From Octopus sinensis (lineage: Eukaryota), in NCBI RefSeq assembly GCF_006345805.1, contig NC_042999.1, forward strand, positions 124,124,001 through 124,188,000: 64,000 nucleotides of DNA, written 5' to 3'. Made by a program: the position numbers and the translations under genes. Of the stretch, positions 25,130-39,155 are shown one piece after another (positions within the stretch are counted from its first letter, which is position 1; the number at the start of each line of letters is the position of its first letter). The notes below the pieces were generated by a model. That model was not told the DNA's origin. It searched no databases and was given only the letters and a program-made list of their open reading frames with translations.

Positions 25130-25665
25130 ATATCATCATCATCGTCGTTGTTTAATATCTGCTTTCCATGCTGGCATGGGTTGGATGGTTTTACTGAGGG
25201 CTGACAAGCCAGAAGGCTACACCAGGCTCTAATCCAATCTGGCAAAGTTTCTACAGCTTGATGCCCCTCCTAACGTCAACCACTCCGAGAGTGTAGTGGA
25301 TGCTTTTTACATGCCACCAGCATGAGGGCCAGTCAGGCGGCACTGGCATCGACCACACTTGAATGGTGCTTTTTACATGCCACCAGCACAGGAGCTAGTC
25401 AGAGGGCACTGGCAACAACCACGCTCAAATGGTGCTTTTTACATACCACCAGCATGGGACAAGTCAGCTAGCACTAGCATCGGCCATGCTCAAATGGTGC
25501 TTTTTACACAAGCACAGGAGCCAATTAGGTGGCACTGGCAACGATCACACTTGAATGATGCCTATACATGCCACTGGCAGGGGACCAGTCAAGTAGCACT
25601 GGCATTGACCATGCTTGAATGGTGCTTTTTACATGCCACTGGCATAGGTGCCAATCAGGCAGTAC
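25130..25665 (-). mobile_element. RTE LINE 3'UTR fragment with internal ~55-60-bp subrepeat array
   Basis: Begins at (CAT)n tail; repeated 'aatggtgcttttacatgccaccagca'; homologous to 45411-45780. Confidence 0.8.
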
Positions 25666-25762
25666 TGTCAATCAGCCTGTATGTGTAGAGCACTATACTA
25701 ATACATTTGTTTGTTTGTACTCCACCTGCCTTCATCTTTTGTTTATTTTCGTAAACTTTCCC

Positions 25763-25793
<31 letters not shown>

Positions 25794-25969
25794 AACATTT
25801 GGAACGTTTTCTTTCTCTCTCTTCTATATTTTCTCTTTTCAAAGAAAATATTTCTCCTAGCATTCACTATTTTTCTCTTGTTCTGGTCTGTTTGTTTTCA
25901 TTCAGTTTCCCTGTGTGTCTCCACTGTTCTGTCCTTGGTCCCAACTTTGATCCTCCATATATATATATG

Positions 25970-26013
<44 letters not shown>

Positions 26014-26015
26014 CA

Positions 26016-26051
<36 letters not shown>

Positions 26052-26975
26052 TATATTATTTATATTATATTTATTTAATTGAACACCATGCATCCATTTC
26101 CAAGTAAGTTTATATTAACCTTTTTGATGTGACTCTATACTGTTTTCTTCCTCTATCATTCTCTAATTCTCTTTTTCTCCCCTTCCCTCTTTCACCGTTT
26201 TCTACCTCTCTCTCTCTCTCTGTCTCCCTCATTCTCTTTTTCTCTTTCTCTCACTGCTCACATGTGACCATCGTCTATCTTTCTTTTCCCCATGTGACCA
26301 TCTTTCTTTTTCTGCATGAACACTCAAAGGACTGGACATTCCTCTTTAGCCAATATAGTGATTTCCGCACCCTAGAGTGCAGAATGTCACTCCGATGAAG
26401 AACAACTCTTCACAAACAACAAATCCACTACCCACAATACAGACAGATACAGGCCAGTGAGCACATAGAAAGATGTGCTAGGAACCTTAAACGGAACTTC
26501 CTAATTTTCCCTTTTTATGAATGTTGATAGAACACAGTACAACAAAGATTAGATAAAGAGCAACTTTCATTAATAAATATCATCCACAATGCAACATGAA
26601 CACACAACTTAATACAGGATACTACTAACCTTACCAATACCAATAATCCCACTAATCTCCATACATCCCATACACCATTCATATTCCAGTATTTATATCT
26701 ACCTTAATTGTATCACTTCCAGAACTGTTTACTTCCCTTGCATGAAATCTCTTCACTCGGGTACTATTAAACTCAACAGTGTTTGGAAATCGGTGATCAG
26801 CTCTGATGATATCAGTACGACTTTGAATCTGTATAATGATTCATAATAATGATTTTTATACTTCATAATTACACATCAAATCATCTAATTATATGTATAT
26901 ATCTTTGCTTTTCTTTAAAAAAGCCTTTATTTTTTATATCTAATGTGCATTTTCTTTGTTTTCTTTTTACTTTCC

Positions 26976-27006
<31 letters not shown>

Positions 27007-27010
27007 CATT

Positions 27011-27041
<31 letters not shown>

Positions 27042-27865
27042 AAGACGTATGTATGAACGTATGTATTATATATATATACATATATCTTTGCATATATGTT
27101 TTGTGTTTGTCACCCACCAGCATCTGAGAACCAGATTTGATTTGTTTATGTCCCCCGTTATTTAATGGTTTAGCAAAAGAGACTGATAGAATAAGTACCA
27201 ACACTAAAAAATTATAAGTACTTAGGTTGATTTGTTTACCTAAAATACTTCAAGGTGGTGCCCAAGCTTGTTCACAGTCCAATGACTGAAATAAGTAAAA
27301 AATAAAAAATCTTCATATATGCATGTCCTTAACTCCATATAGTACTGATCAGCTACACATAATGCTCTTATTTCTTACAGCCCTCTTGGTTTCAAGCTAT
27401 TAAGAGTTAAGCCGATGCAGTTTAACACAGATTACATGATGCAAACTTGTATCTCCTTCACACATCTGTCATGCTTGTTAGCGACATTAAGCCAAGAACT
27501 GATTATGGTGAAATTAGTAACTGTAACATGAATGAAAGCTAATCCAATAACTGGATTATCCTTCATCCACATTACAACTAATAGTTTCCCTATAATTAGT
27601 TCTTGGTTAATAATTCTAATCTATTATAATGTTTCACTCTTTAGCATTCAGATTATTCTATCAAATATAATGCTTTATTTATTCACATTGTTTTGAATTA
27701 ATCATGCATCATCTCAGAGTTTCCAGTTTCTTATGATTTGATTGTTTATTTTTAGAGAGACATTGTTGGGTTGATGCATGAGGCTGGATCTGGCCACATT
27801 GAACATAAAACAGATAGAATATTTGAGGGGAGTATGGCTGGTTTAAATGCTATAGAAATAATTAC

Positions 27866-28100
27866 AAGGCGGTGAGCTGGCAGAAATGTTAGCACACCGG
27901 GCAAAATGCTTAGTGGTATTTCATCAGCTGCTACGTTCTGGGTTCAAATTCCACTGAGGTCGACTTTGCCATTCATACTTTCGGGGTTGATTAAATAAGT
28001 ACCAGTTACGCACAGGGGTTGATATAATCAACTTAATCTGTTTGTCTGTCCTTGTTTGTCCCTTCTGTGTGTAGCCCCTTGTGGCCAGTAAAAAAAAATA
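27866..28100 (+). mobile_element. SINE family B
   Basis: Homologous to 24146-24378. Confidence 0.85.
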
Positions 28101-28196
28101 AATAATTACTGGGAGGACTGATTGAGGAAGCTTAAAGATAGCTATTGACTTTTCCTAATAGTAAATCGAAGTGATTTTTAAAAGCTGTGTATAAAC

Positions 28197-28717
28197 AGGC
28201 ATGGCTGCGTGGTAAGAAGCAGCCATGTTTCTAGGTTCAGTCCCACAGTGTGGCACTTTGGGCAAGTGTTGGGTAGACCAAAGCCTTGTGTGTGGAGTTG
28301 GTGGGTGAAAACTGAAAGAAGCTTGGTGTGTGTGTGTGTGTGCACATGTGTTTTGTGTCTTTGATAACCAGTGTTGGTGTGGTTACATCCCTGCAAAAGA
28401 GAATAAGTACCAGCCTTAAAAAATTAATAATAAGTACTGGGGTCAGTTCATTCAACTAAAATTCTTCGAGGTGGTGCCCCAGTATGGCCACAGTCTAATG
28501 ATTGAAACAAGTAAAAAATAAAAGAAAAAAGAAATATGTTTATGTATGTATATGTGTGGCTGTGTGGTAAGTACTTTGCTTCACAACCACATGGGTCGGT
28601 TCAGTCCTACTGTGTGGCACCTTGGGCAAGTGTCTTCTACTATAGCCTCAAGCCAACCAAAGCCTCTTGAATGGATTTGGTAGATGGAAAGATGGAAACT
28701 GAAAGAAGCCCATCATA

Positions 28718-28750
<33 letters not shown>

Positions 28751-28950
28751 GTTTGTGGGTCAGTGTTTGTCCCCCACCATTGCTTGATAACTGATGTTGA
28801 TGTATTTATGTCCCCGTAACTTAGCGGCTTGGCAAATAAGACCAATAGAATAAGTACTAGGCTTACAAAGAATAAGTCCTTAGGTCAATTTGTTCGACTA
28901 TAGGTGGTGCTCCAGCATGGCCACCGTCAAATAACTGAAACAAGTAAAAG
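28197..28950 (+). mobile_element. Two tandem SINE family A copies (~28197-28520 and ~28555-28950)
   Basis: Both homologous to 4112-4492. Confidence 0.8.
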
Positions 28951-28984
28951 AATAAAAAGAATATATATACATACATACATACAT

Positions 28985-29073
<89 letters not shown>

Positions 29074-29789
29074 TATGTGTATATTACTGTCTCCTTAGCA
29101 TGACAGTTGTAAACAAGTATCCCCATCCTACAAGTGGTGTCCTTCATTTTCAATCATGAATGAAAACATGTCTGGTTGTAGGGAAATATTATCTTGTTAT
29201 GAAACAGGTGAGTGCTGATGACATGAAGGACATCTAACTGTGGGAAAATCTGCCTCAAAAGTTGTGTCTGACCTATGCGAGCATGGAAAAGTGGATGTTA
29301 AATCATGATGATACAGCTATAATATTGTGGACCTTGGGTCAATGTAAACAAATCAATAGTAGCTCATTACACAGAGAAATTGCTGATCTTTGATCTAGGA
29401 CTATACTGATTTCAAATTTTGGCACAAGGCCAGAAATTTCAGGGGAGGGGGTAAGTCGATTTTATTAACTCCAAAAAGGATGAAAGACAAAGTCGACCTT
29501 GATGACATTTGAATTCAGTATGCAAAGACAAACAAAAGGCCACTTATCATTTTTACCCAATTTTGCCACCTTGTTCTAGAACTATAGAAGTAAAAAGGTA
29601 TCTTTATTTGAAATGGAAAGATGTGATTTTAGGGAGAAACGATTGTTTTTTTCCTACCAGGTCAGATCAAGGATTTCTCAAGGATTTTTGATTGGAGAAA
29701 TGTTCACATTTGTTAACTCTGTGTACACAAGGATAATACAGTTGGAGCAGAGAAGGAGAGTTTAGCTGCAGTTTCGTGTCTGTGTTCAC

Positions 29790-29863
<74 letters not shown>

Positions 29864-30410
29864 GTGCACTTTAAGAAGTTAAAGGAAAGATGAGCAGCAA
29901 CTGTAATGGCTTTATCGAGCAGCACTACTAGTTTTAGAACCATTTTGCTTGAGAAGTGATAGGTTGAAGAATTTTGAAAAATTAGAGGGTATCCTCTTGG
30001 CAAGAGACGAAAAGGCTCAGTTGCAATTTAGAGAGTCAAAAGTGCTTGCAAACTATGTGATGCATGAAGATATCCTTTGCTACTCTACTAGAACTTTCTT
30101 CAAGTAAATTTTTATCAGTTATAAAATGCCTAATATAGAGGTGAATTAATCAACTAGAGAAGATATAAAGTTATCATCTACTAGATCATGAGTCAATATT
30201 CCAAAGCCGTCTATGTGCCTCCAGAAAAAGATAACAGACTTTTGTAGGAAAAATTTAGCATTGATAGACTCATATCCTATCTAGATTAAAATTTTAGCTT
30301 CTCACCTGCTTAAGCATTGCATATTTCAGAAAAAGAAAATCACTGAAAATTCATGTTATATAAAACATATATCATATAATTTTATAACATTCATAAAAGA
30401 GTTTCACCAG

Positions 30411-30725
30411 CATACATGGCTCGGTAGTTAGAATGTCAGGCCCACAATCATGAGGTAGCGAGTTCGATTCCTAGACCAAGTTGTGTGTTGTGTTCTTCAG
30501 CTAGACACTTTATTTCACATGGCTCTAGTTCACTCAGCTGTAGAAATGACTTGTGACGTCACTGGTGCCATGCTGCATTGGCCTTTGCCTTTCACTTGGA
30601 TAACATTGGTGGTATGGAAAGGGGAGGCTGGTATGCATAGGTGACTGCGGGTCTTCCATAAAACAATATTGCCTGGACTTGTGCCTTGGAGGGTAACATT
30701 CTAGATGCAATCTCATACTCATTCA
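30411..30725 (+). mobile_element. tRNA-derived SINE (family D)
   Basis: A box 'tggctcggtag', B box 'gagttcgattcc', central 'gtgttgtgttcttcagctagacactttatttcac' segment. Confidence 0.7.
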
Positions 30726-30741
30726 TGAATAAATGGGGTCT

Positions 30742-30775
<34 letters not shown>

Positions 30776-31472
30776 ATATATATATATTTGGCAAGTGCCT
30801 TCTACTAAAGCCTTGGGCCAACCAAAGCCTTTTGAGTGGATTTGGTTGATGGTAACTGAAAGAAGCCCATCGTATATATGCTGTTTTTCTGTCTGTCTAT
30901 CTATCAAAATGGATAGACAGATATACAGACAGATAAAAGGATATACACAAACTCATTTGGAAGTAAGCTGTTATCGATATAACTATCTAGACAAAGATTC
31001 AGGACAAACACACACACACACACACACACACACTTATCCAACTACACTTAGTTTCAGTTTACCTCTATATCATATATTTAGACTAAAATAAATCTAAAAT
31101 AATGTTTCAAAGTTGCTGGCTGAAAAAAAACAGTGAGGATTGAACAAAATGTGATAAAATTCTCAGTTCTGTCCCATGTCGATATTGCGAATGAATGAAT
31201 AAAATATGACTGCTATTTGGTTTGGTTTGTATCAAACTTTATGTTTTTTCCCCACCTCATATTTTCATTGTTGTTTTATTTAGTAGAATCTAACACATTA
31301 AAGTGAATAAATGATGACTGACTGACTAGAAATTTAACAAGTTGTTTTGAGAAAGATACATAATGTGTGTGTGTGTGTTGTGTGTGTGTGTGTGTGTGTG
31401 TGTGCGAGCATTCATATATATATATATATATATATATATTAGATATAGATATAGATAGATAGATAGATAGAT

Positions 31473-31532
<60 letters not shown>

Positions 31533-31980
31533 CATACATATATATATATATACACATACATATATATATATATATAATAGATAGATAGATAGATATGTAT
31601 ATATATGCATATACCATGCATATATCATGCATAGAGATATACATACACACACACACATATTATATAATCAAATTCACTTTACTTTGAATTGTACAGATAA
31701 TACCGGCCTGACTTGGTGCTTCAATTTAAGTACCTAATTCAACTGAATTTCAATTATTTCTTATATATATATATGTATGCATGTATGTATGTATGCAAAT
31801 CTCTCTCTCTCTCTCTCTCTTTCTATATATATACATATATATAGAGAGAGTGAGAGTTTGGAAGGGAGAGAGTATATGCATGTGTAAATGTGTGTGTGTG
31901 TGTGTGATATAGAATCATCTTCACAAAATAAGGATCTTGTAATTTGTTTTCATTTCAGAGTTAAGAACCCTGTTTTTACT

Positions 31981-32750
31981 TCATCATCAACATCATCATC
32001 ATCAAGATCCTTCAACTGATGCAGCCAGTTCAGATGCTACTTTCAACTCTTTCCTAGTCAGCCATTACCACAGGTCTCTGTTCTCTATCATGTGAGACAG
32101 TTTCACTGTGTTGTAACCTGTCCAGTCCTTGATGTTTTCAATCCAGGATTTTCTGTCTCCCTTTCTTTTACCCTCCCTAAATTGTTCCCTGAAGAACGGT
32201 TTTGGACAGGGAGTTGTGGTAGGATACATGACAGTACCAGGCAAGCTTTCGTCTTTTTACCTACACAAGGAGTGGTTCTGCTCTGCCAGCTTATTTGTTG
32301 ACTTGCTGCCTGGCAAAGCTGTTCATTTTGTGCTCTGTGTATGGGATATGTAACAGCTTCTGGAACACTTGTGCTCAAATGCCCAAGTTCTTTGTTCTAT
32401 GTCAGCTGTAAGATTCCAGTTCTCACACCCATACAGTAGGATCACCAGGGCCTGGTAAACTCTGAGTCTTGTTGGAAAAATAATGGAATTGCTTTTCCAT
32501 ATGTTGTTCAGCTTTGTCATGGCAGTAGAGGCTAAACTGAGTCTTGTTGTTTTCTCCTTTTGAGATCTACCATCCTTAGTCAAAGTGGATCCTCGATGCA
32601 TGGTGTCCTCTTCAAGTTTCTCACCACTTAGCATGAAGTTGGTTGCTGTGTTCTGGTTGTTACTATTAACCAGGATCTTGCTCTTTTCTGGGCTGATCTC
32701 CATACTATATACTCCTTCTTAGTTAAGCCTCTCAAGGCTCATGTCCAGGT
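31981..32750 (-). mobile_element. RTE-clade LINE 3' fragment (pseudogenised RT C-terminus), (GAT)n tail
   Basis: ORF 32323-32703 'EISPEKSKILVN..GSTLTKDGRSQKE..RLSLASTAMTKLNNIWKS..LLYGCENWNL..FEHKC' is a typical RTE post-RT region; continues with frameshifts. Confidence 0.85.
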
Positions 32751-33012
32751 TTAAACTAGGAAGTTAGTCTACCACACTATTGTGCTGCTTGTAAGATTTA
32801 ACAAGCTTTTTTTTCAGATCTATACTAATAGCTCGTAATGGATTTTGAACATTAATAAATAGAAAATTGATTTGTAAAATCTTCTTGAGGAAAATTAATT
32901 CAGCATACTTCAATTTAAGGTAATGTAATATTGGGGCACTGCAACTAATAAACAATTTACAAGTGTTAATCAACACACCACCACCATCATCATCATCATA
33001 GATAGATAGATA

Positions 33013-33065
<53 letters not shown>

Positions 33066-33133
33066 TTGACTGATTATTAGACAGCTATACACAATCTCAT
33101 TCTGAAGCAGCCAGTTATCTATCTATCTATCTG

Positions 33134-33212
<79 letters not shown>

Positions 33213-33411
33213 GTCTGTCGGTCTGTCTGTCTGTCTGTCTGCCTGTCTGTCTGTCTGTCAAACTGCTTGACTGTTTATCTGTCTGTCTATTTATTTGTCT
33301 GTCTGTCTATCTATCAAAATAGATAGACAGATATACAGACAGATAAAAGGATATACACAAACTCATTTGGAAGTAAGCTGTTATCGATATACCTATCTAG
33401 ACAGAAGCATT

Positions 33412-33840
33412 TATCATCATCGTTGTTGTTGTTGTTTAACACCAACCCCCTTTCATGCTGGAAGGAGGAGAGTAAACAATGGGTTGGATAGTTTGACAGG
33501 ACCTGGCCAGGAAGAAAACTGCACCAGACTTCTGTGATTTGGCATGGTTTTTACAGCTGGATGCCTTTCCTAACATCAACATCTCACAGAGTGGGCTGAG
33601 TGCTTTTTACATGGAACCAGTACAGGTGAAGTCAGTTTTAGCATGGTTTTTGCAGCTCAAAGCTCTTCCAAATGCCAACCACTTTACAGTGTGGATGGGG
33701 TGCTTGTTAAGTGGCACCTGCACTGTCAGGGTCACCAAGTAAATTTGCAAGACAAGGAATCTTTGAGAGGGTAGGGGGCATTGGAGGAGATGATCTTGTT
33801 TCAGATGATGAAAGGTTAGAGTGTGACAGAGAGACACCAA
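33412..33840 (-). mobile_element. RTE-tail-related repeat
   Basis: 'ttttacagctggatgcctttcctaac...ggtcaccaagtaaatttgcaagacaagg'; homologous to 62058-62460. Confidence 0.7.
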
Positions 33841-33924
33841 TTACAATAGAAGCTATCTAATAATAATCATTGTCATTGTAATGTCCTCTTTTTACAGTGG
33901 CATAAATTGTGCAGGTTTGTCATA

Positions 33925-35192
33925 CAAGAGGATAACCAAAAGTAACCGGAAACGTTCGCTGTGAGACAAACCCATCCAGATTTCTGCCACTAGAAGCCAC
34001 TTGATGCGACCCTCAGGCATCAATCTGCTGACAGATGACATCAAGTGAAGTCGTACTGTCACGTGGTGCATCTTTGTTTTGCAGTAATTCTCCCTTGTTC
34101 ATTGATTTTTGCAATAGCTGAAATGAAGGAACAGTATACTTCCATGAAATTCTGTTTTCAACAGGGGAAAACGATGGTTGAAACAATTGTCATGCCTCAA
34201 ACAGCTGACAAGGACGATGTCATGAGAAAAACACAAGTTTTTGCGTGGTTTGCACGCTTTAGGAATGGTCACTTGTCGCTTGAAGACCAACCTCGTTTTG
34301 GGCCACTATTGATCTCCCAAACAAATGAAAACATCACAAAAATTCATGAACTAATCTTGGAGGACCACTGCTGAACAATTGATGAACTTGTTGATATGAC
34401 TGGTGTGTTCTGGAGCTCCTGCCAATGAATTTTGAGCAAGGAATTGTTAATGGAAAGGGTAGCAGCAAAATTTGTACCTTGCTTGCTCACAGAAGATCAG
34501 AAGCAGTCACAAGTGAATGCATATCGTGAACTGAAAGAACAGTTGGAAGTTGATATGGACCCTTATTCAAAGGTCATCACTGGTGATAACAGGAAATGAA
34601 GCAGCAATCAACTCAGTGGAAGCATTCAATGTCATCACACACCAAAAAAGCACGTCAAGTGAAGTCCAATGACAAGATGATGCTGATTTGTTTCATCAAT
34701 GTGAAAGGAATTATCTATACAGAATTTGTTCCTTATAGTCAAGCTGTTAACCAAACATTGTAATTTGCAGTTCTGAAGCATTTGTGAGATGCAGTGAAAC
34801 AAAAACATCCCAACCTGTGGCAAAGTGGAGAGTGGTGGTTTCACCACGACAATGTGCCTGTGCACACCAGCTTAAGCGTGAAACAGTTTTGGACTAAAAA
34901 TGGTATGACCCCACTTACCCACCTCCCCTATTCACCCGATCTTTCTCCCAGTAACATGTTTTGTTCCCCCAAATGAAAAAGTCTTTAAAGAAAAACGTTT
35001 TGCAATGTGGAAGAGGTAAAGTAAAAAATGACAAAGTATTTTAAAAGGCATCACTTTGCAAGAGTTCCAGAACAGCTTCAAACAATGGAAAATGCACCTG
35101 GACCAATGCATTGCTTCAAACGGAGAATAGTTTTAAGGTGATAAAAGTGTAAACATATAAAAGCTAAGTGAATAAAATCAGGTAGCCCCTTG
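33925..35192 (+). mobile_element. Near-full-length mariner (Tc1/mariner DD34D-type) transposon, inactivated
   Basis: TA on both sides, imperfect TIR ends (caagaggata.. / ..tagccccttg), ~1.27 kb; transposase from ATG 34123 with 'WFARFRNGHLSLEDQPR', 'AKFVPCLLT', 'VITGD', 'FHHDNVP', 'PYSPDLSP' broken by stops and frameshifts. Confidence 0.9.
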
Positions 35193-36001
35193 TATAACAA
35201 CTTTTCATTAGTCTGAATTTTTGGTCATTTCTTCAGAGATGAACAGTATTCTGTACCCTCTTTATTCTTTCTCTAACAGCACATATCAATCTTTTTCATA
35301 ATATGCCCATATCAGAGCATCTACTAAGCCATCTGAACACTTCATGTACTCCATTACATAGATATCACTACAACTAACTCCCCATGTACATCAGCGTATC
35401 GGGTCTTTTTACAACTACTTAGGTTAATTAAATTGCATAAGATATTTATTCCCAATGAGTCACTAAAGCTTTTGATAAATGGTTATTACTCACCCTGTAG
35501 ATTAAAATGGCAGATTTAGTACATTTTAAGTATTGATTCTCTTTCTCCTTGATCTCCTTGAGATTCCAACTACATCTCTTGCTCCCAAAACATGAGTTAT
35601 AATTCCTTAATGTTGCAGCAGAATATCTAGGTGGAATATAAACAAATATTTTAAGATTTAACATACCAGGTTATGCTGATAATTTGAAAATGATGTTAAT
35701 TGTTAATGTTGGAAATTATGTTGACTACAAAACACACATTAAACCAGTGAAGTTAAAGTGAGGTACTCATATTCCGTTGGATAATTTCTATTTTTATTTT
35801 ATCCCTCCAATAAATAAAACCAATAAAATAGGTACAAGTAAAAGGTGGGGCTTTATTAAATCACTTATTCCACATCTCCTTGGAATGTTGAATTAATGCT
35901 TGACCAAATCAATATTAGCTATTTCAACAGATATAGCAGAGCACTGAATTAAATCCATTTGTCCTATGTCTTAAATCTTTCTGTCATTGATTTTACCATT
36001 C

Positions 36002-36102
36002 ATCTCTTCAAGAATGATAAAAATAAGTACCACTAGAATCCATTGAAAGTATCTCTTCAAGAATGATAAAAATAAGTACCACTAGAATCCATTGAAAGTA
36101 TC
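36002..36102 (+). repeat. Perfect 49-bp tandem duplication
   Basis: atctcttcaagaatgataaaaataagtaccactagaatccattgaaagt occurs twice in tandem. Confidence 0.95.
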
Positions 36103-36321
36103 CTATTTCATATCATTGAACCTAAGCATCCACTATACCAGTATTTCTCAGAGTTGGGTGATGGCGCTCTGAGGATAGAAAGGAGCTAAACAAATGACCA
36201 TGTTTGATAAAATTAAGATAGTTTTTATACTTTAAACCCTTTTGATGTGAAACAGCAAAACCTTCCACCAAAATTTCCAATTATTTTATTTTCCAAACAC
36301 AAGTTTTATGATAATTTTGTA

Positions 36322-36525
36322 TCTTGGCACAAGGCCAGCAAGTCCAGGAGAGGGGTCTAATTGATTACATCAACTCCAGTTTTCAACTGGTACTTTTTTA
36401 TCAATCCCGAAAGAGTAAAAGGTAAAGTCAACTTTGATGGAATTTAAACTCACAACTTAAAGCCAGACAAATTGCCTCTAAGCATTTTGCCTGGCATGCT
36501 AATGATTTTGCTTGCTTACTGTCTT
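36322..36525 (-). mobile_element. SINE family B, reverse
   Basis: 'ggcacaaggccagcaa...gattacatcaactccag..caactggtact..aaaggtaaagtcaac..gcctggcatgctaat'. Confidence 0.75.
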
Positions 36526-37049
36526 CAAACCAGCTTAATGATGACAATTATTTAACTAAATTTTTCATTATTTTCAGAATTTATAGAAACAAAAACAGTT
36601 TATTTCAGCAAAAATATGGTAATGAAAGAGTTAACTTGTCCAAAGAAAAATGAATGATACAGATGTAAAGTCTATTGTTTTCTCATTAATAGAGAGGTAA
36701 GGGTGAGAACAAACATTTTTACTAATATTTTGCTGTGTGTGTGTGTGTCTGGTATTTGTCAATTTGAGAAACCTCAAATCAGATGGTTTTTCCAAGAAAA
36801 TAGAAAGAAGGAAAACCTAGTATAGTACAATCCTGGATAAACTATTCATGGCTGGAATATCTGTGGTCATAGCTTTGTTCAGTCAAAGATGGACTGGGTC
36901 TAAACCATAGCAACAATAACAATTGGTCTTTTACGTCATCTACCAAAACCAATATTTACCAATATTTACAAAATGCAGAATCTTCCATTCAGCAGAGAAA
37001 GAAAATTACAAAACATACAAAAACACACAAGCTAAAAATATAAAAGATG

Positions 37050-37575
37050 CAAGAATGGCTATGTGGTTAAAAAAACACTTCCCAACCACATGGTTTCAGG
37101 TTCAATCCCATTGTTTGGCATCTTGGGCTTCAACTAGAACACCAAGCCAACCAATGCATTGTGAGTGAATTTGGTAGATGGAAACTGTGTGGAAGCCTGT
37201 AACATGTGTGTGTATATGTGTGTGTTTGTGTGTGTATATATATGTATACATTTATTTGTGTGTATATATGTATACGTTTATTTGTGTGTGTATTTACGTC
37301 TGTATATATGCATATGTGAATATATGTGTGTGTATATGTATATGTGTAAATGTGTGTGCATTGTGTGTGTGTGTGTGTGTGTGTATGTGTGTCTTTATGT
37401 TTTTGTTACTTCCCTGACTGCTTTATAAGGGGTGTTGCTTTGTTAATGTCCCCACAACTTAACTGTTCAGCAAAAGAGATTGACAGAATAAGTCCCATAC
37501 TTAAAATAAGTACTGGAGTTAATTTGTACATTTAACACTACAAGGCAGTGCTCCAGAATGGCTGCAGTCCAATGA
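37050..37575 (+). mobile_element. SINE family A with expanded internal (TG)n
   Basis: Head at 37055 'tggctatgtggttaaaa'; tail 'gcagtgctccagaatggctgcagtccaatgactgaaa'. Confidence 0.7.
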
Positions 37576-38449
37576 CTGAAAACAGTAGAAGATTAATAGG
37601 GGCATAATAAAGTAATGTACCTTATTTTCTGACATATAGCTTTTTATCTTTTACTGTTTCAGTCATTAGAATGCAGCCATGCTGGAGTACCACCTTGAAG
37701 AGTTTTAGTCAAACGATAGACCCTAGTACTTATTTTTAAGCGTAGTACTTATTCTATCAGTCTCTTTTGCTGAACCACTAAATTACATGGACATAAACAA
37801 ACCATCGCTGGTTGTCAAACAGTGGTAGGGGGTAAACACATACACAAAGACACACCTCAAATCCCTCTGCCCCTCTCACAATTCTTTGTCATGTGAGTTA
37901 CTTAATGACCCCGCCAGTGCTGATGCCACATAACAAGCATCCAGTCCACACTGCAAAGTGGTTGGCATTTGGAAGGGCATCCAACTATAAAAGTCATGCC
38001 AAAATTAACCTCACCTGTGCTAGTACCATGCTGCAGAGTGATTTGATGTTTGGAAGGGCATCCAGCTGTAAAAGCCCCTACCAAAACAGAAACAGTAGCC
38101 TAGAGTAGTTTTCTACCTGGCCAGCTCCTGTCAACCATCCTACCCATGCATGCATGGAAGACGGACGTTAAACGATGATGATGATGATGATGATGATGAT
38201 ACTTTTTACTTTACACTTGTTTCAGTCATTAGATTGTGGCCATGCTGGAGCACCACCATGAATTTTTTTTAGTTGAATGAATCAACCCAAGTACTTCTTT
38301 TTTTCTTTAAGCCTGGTATTTGCTGTAGCCCATCTTTTATACCAAGACAAAACAATGTACATGATAACACTTCCAATCAGTTAAGATCAGATGCCATGAG
38401 AGCCACTGCCTGGTACTGCATCAGGGCATTTATTATTATCATCATCATC

Positions 38450-38450
38450 A

Positions 38451-38496
<46 letters not shown>

Positions 38497-39155
38497 CATT
38501 ATTTTAATGTTTGACATTTGTTTTGCTTTTGTACAAGTTGGCTCCAAGTCTCACCCAGAGACCTCAAGAGACGAGTTAGAAGTTCATGTTGGTGTTATGC
38601 CTAGGGTGCCATATATTTGGTTTTGTACATAGTATTGTTCTAGAGAATGTTTAAGAAACCATAAGAATATTATGAGTTTGTTTTAAAATTTGAGATTACT
38701 TAGACAGTATATTACGTAGGATATGGGCAGTTCTCATGAGCACTATCCTTTGAATTTCTGCCATTTTGGGGTTTCCTGGTATCTGAGCTAGGTAACAATC
38801 AGCTCCTTTTGCTATCATTCCTAGGACACCTATGACAACAGGTATTGTTTTAGTCTTCAGGTTCCACATTTTGCTAATTTCTATTTCAAAATCTTTATAA
38901 TTGCTCAGTTTTTGGTAGATCTTGACAGATACATTTGTATCGATTGAGACAGTCATATCAATCAGGGGGCAAGATTTCTGTCTGAAGTCTTTCAATATGA
39001 TGTCTGGCCTATTTGCATCTATCCTTCTGTCGGTTTGAATGGTGAAATTCCAGAGGAGTGAGATGCGATCATTTTCAAGAACTGGGACTGGTTTGTGTTT
39101 CCACCAGTTTTTATCATGTGGCAAGTTCAGGTTTTTGCAAATTATCCAGTGAATA
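38450..39155 (-). mobile_element. 5'-truncated R4/Dong-like non-LTR retroelement 3' end, embedded in (AAT)n/(CAT)n
   Basis: RLE ORF plus ~200-bp 3'UTR ending in (AAT)n; trinucleotide repeats on both sides. Confidence 0.85.
38696..39124 (-). CDS. Restriction-like endonuclease (RLE) C-terminal domain of R4-clade retroelement, open fragment
   Basis: 'WWKHKPVPVLEND..LLWNFTIQTDRRIDANRPDIILKD..CPLIDMTV..KLSNYKD..IPVVIGVLG..TAHILRNIL' has the RPD..D..K PD-(D/E)xK signature. Confidence 0.85.
   Translation of the reverse strand: MPHDKNWWKHKPVPVLENDRISLLWNFTIQTDRRIDANRPDIILKDFRQKSCPLIDMTVSIDTNVSVKIYQKLSNYKDFEIEISKMWNLKTKTIPVVIGVLGMIAKGADCYLAQIPGNPKMAEIQRIVLMRTAHILRNILSK

Noticed and set aside
26385-26425. 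'ccgatgaagaacaactc' as a further hammerhead
   Set aside because: No stem II pairing or GAAA; too degenerate.
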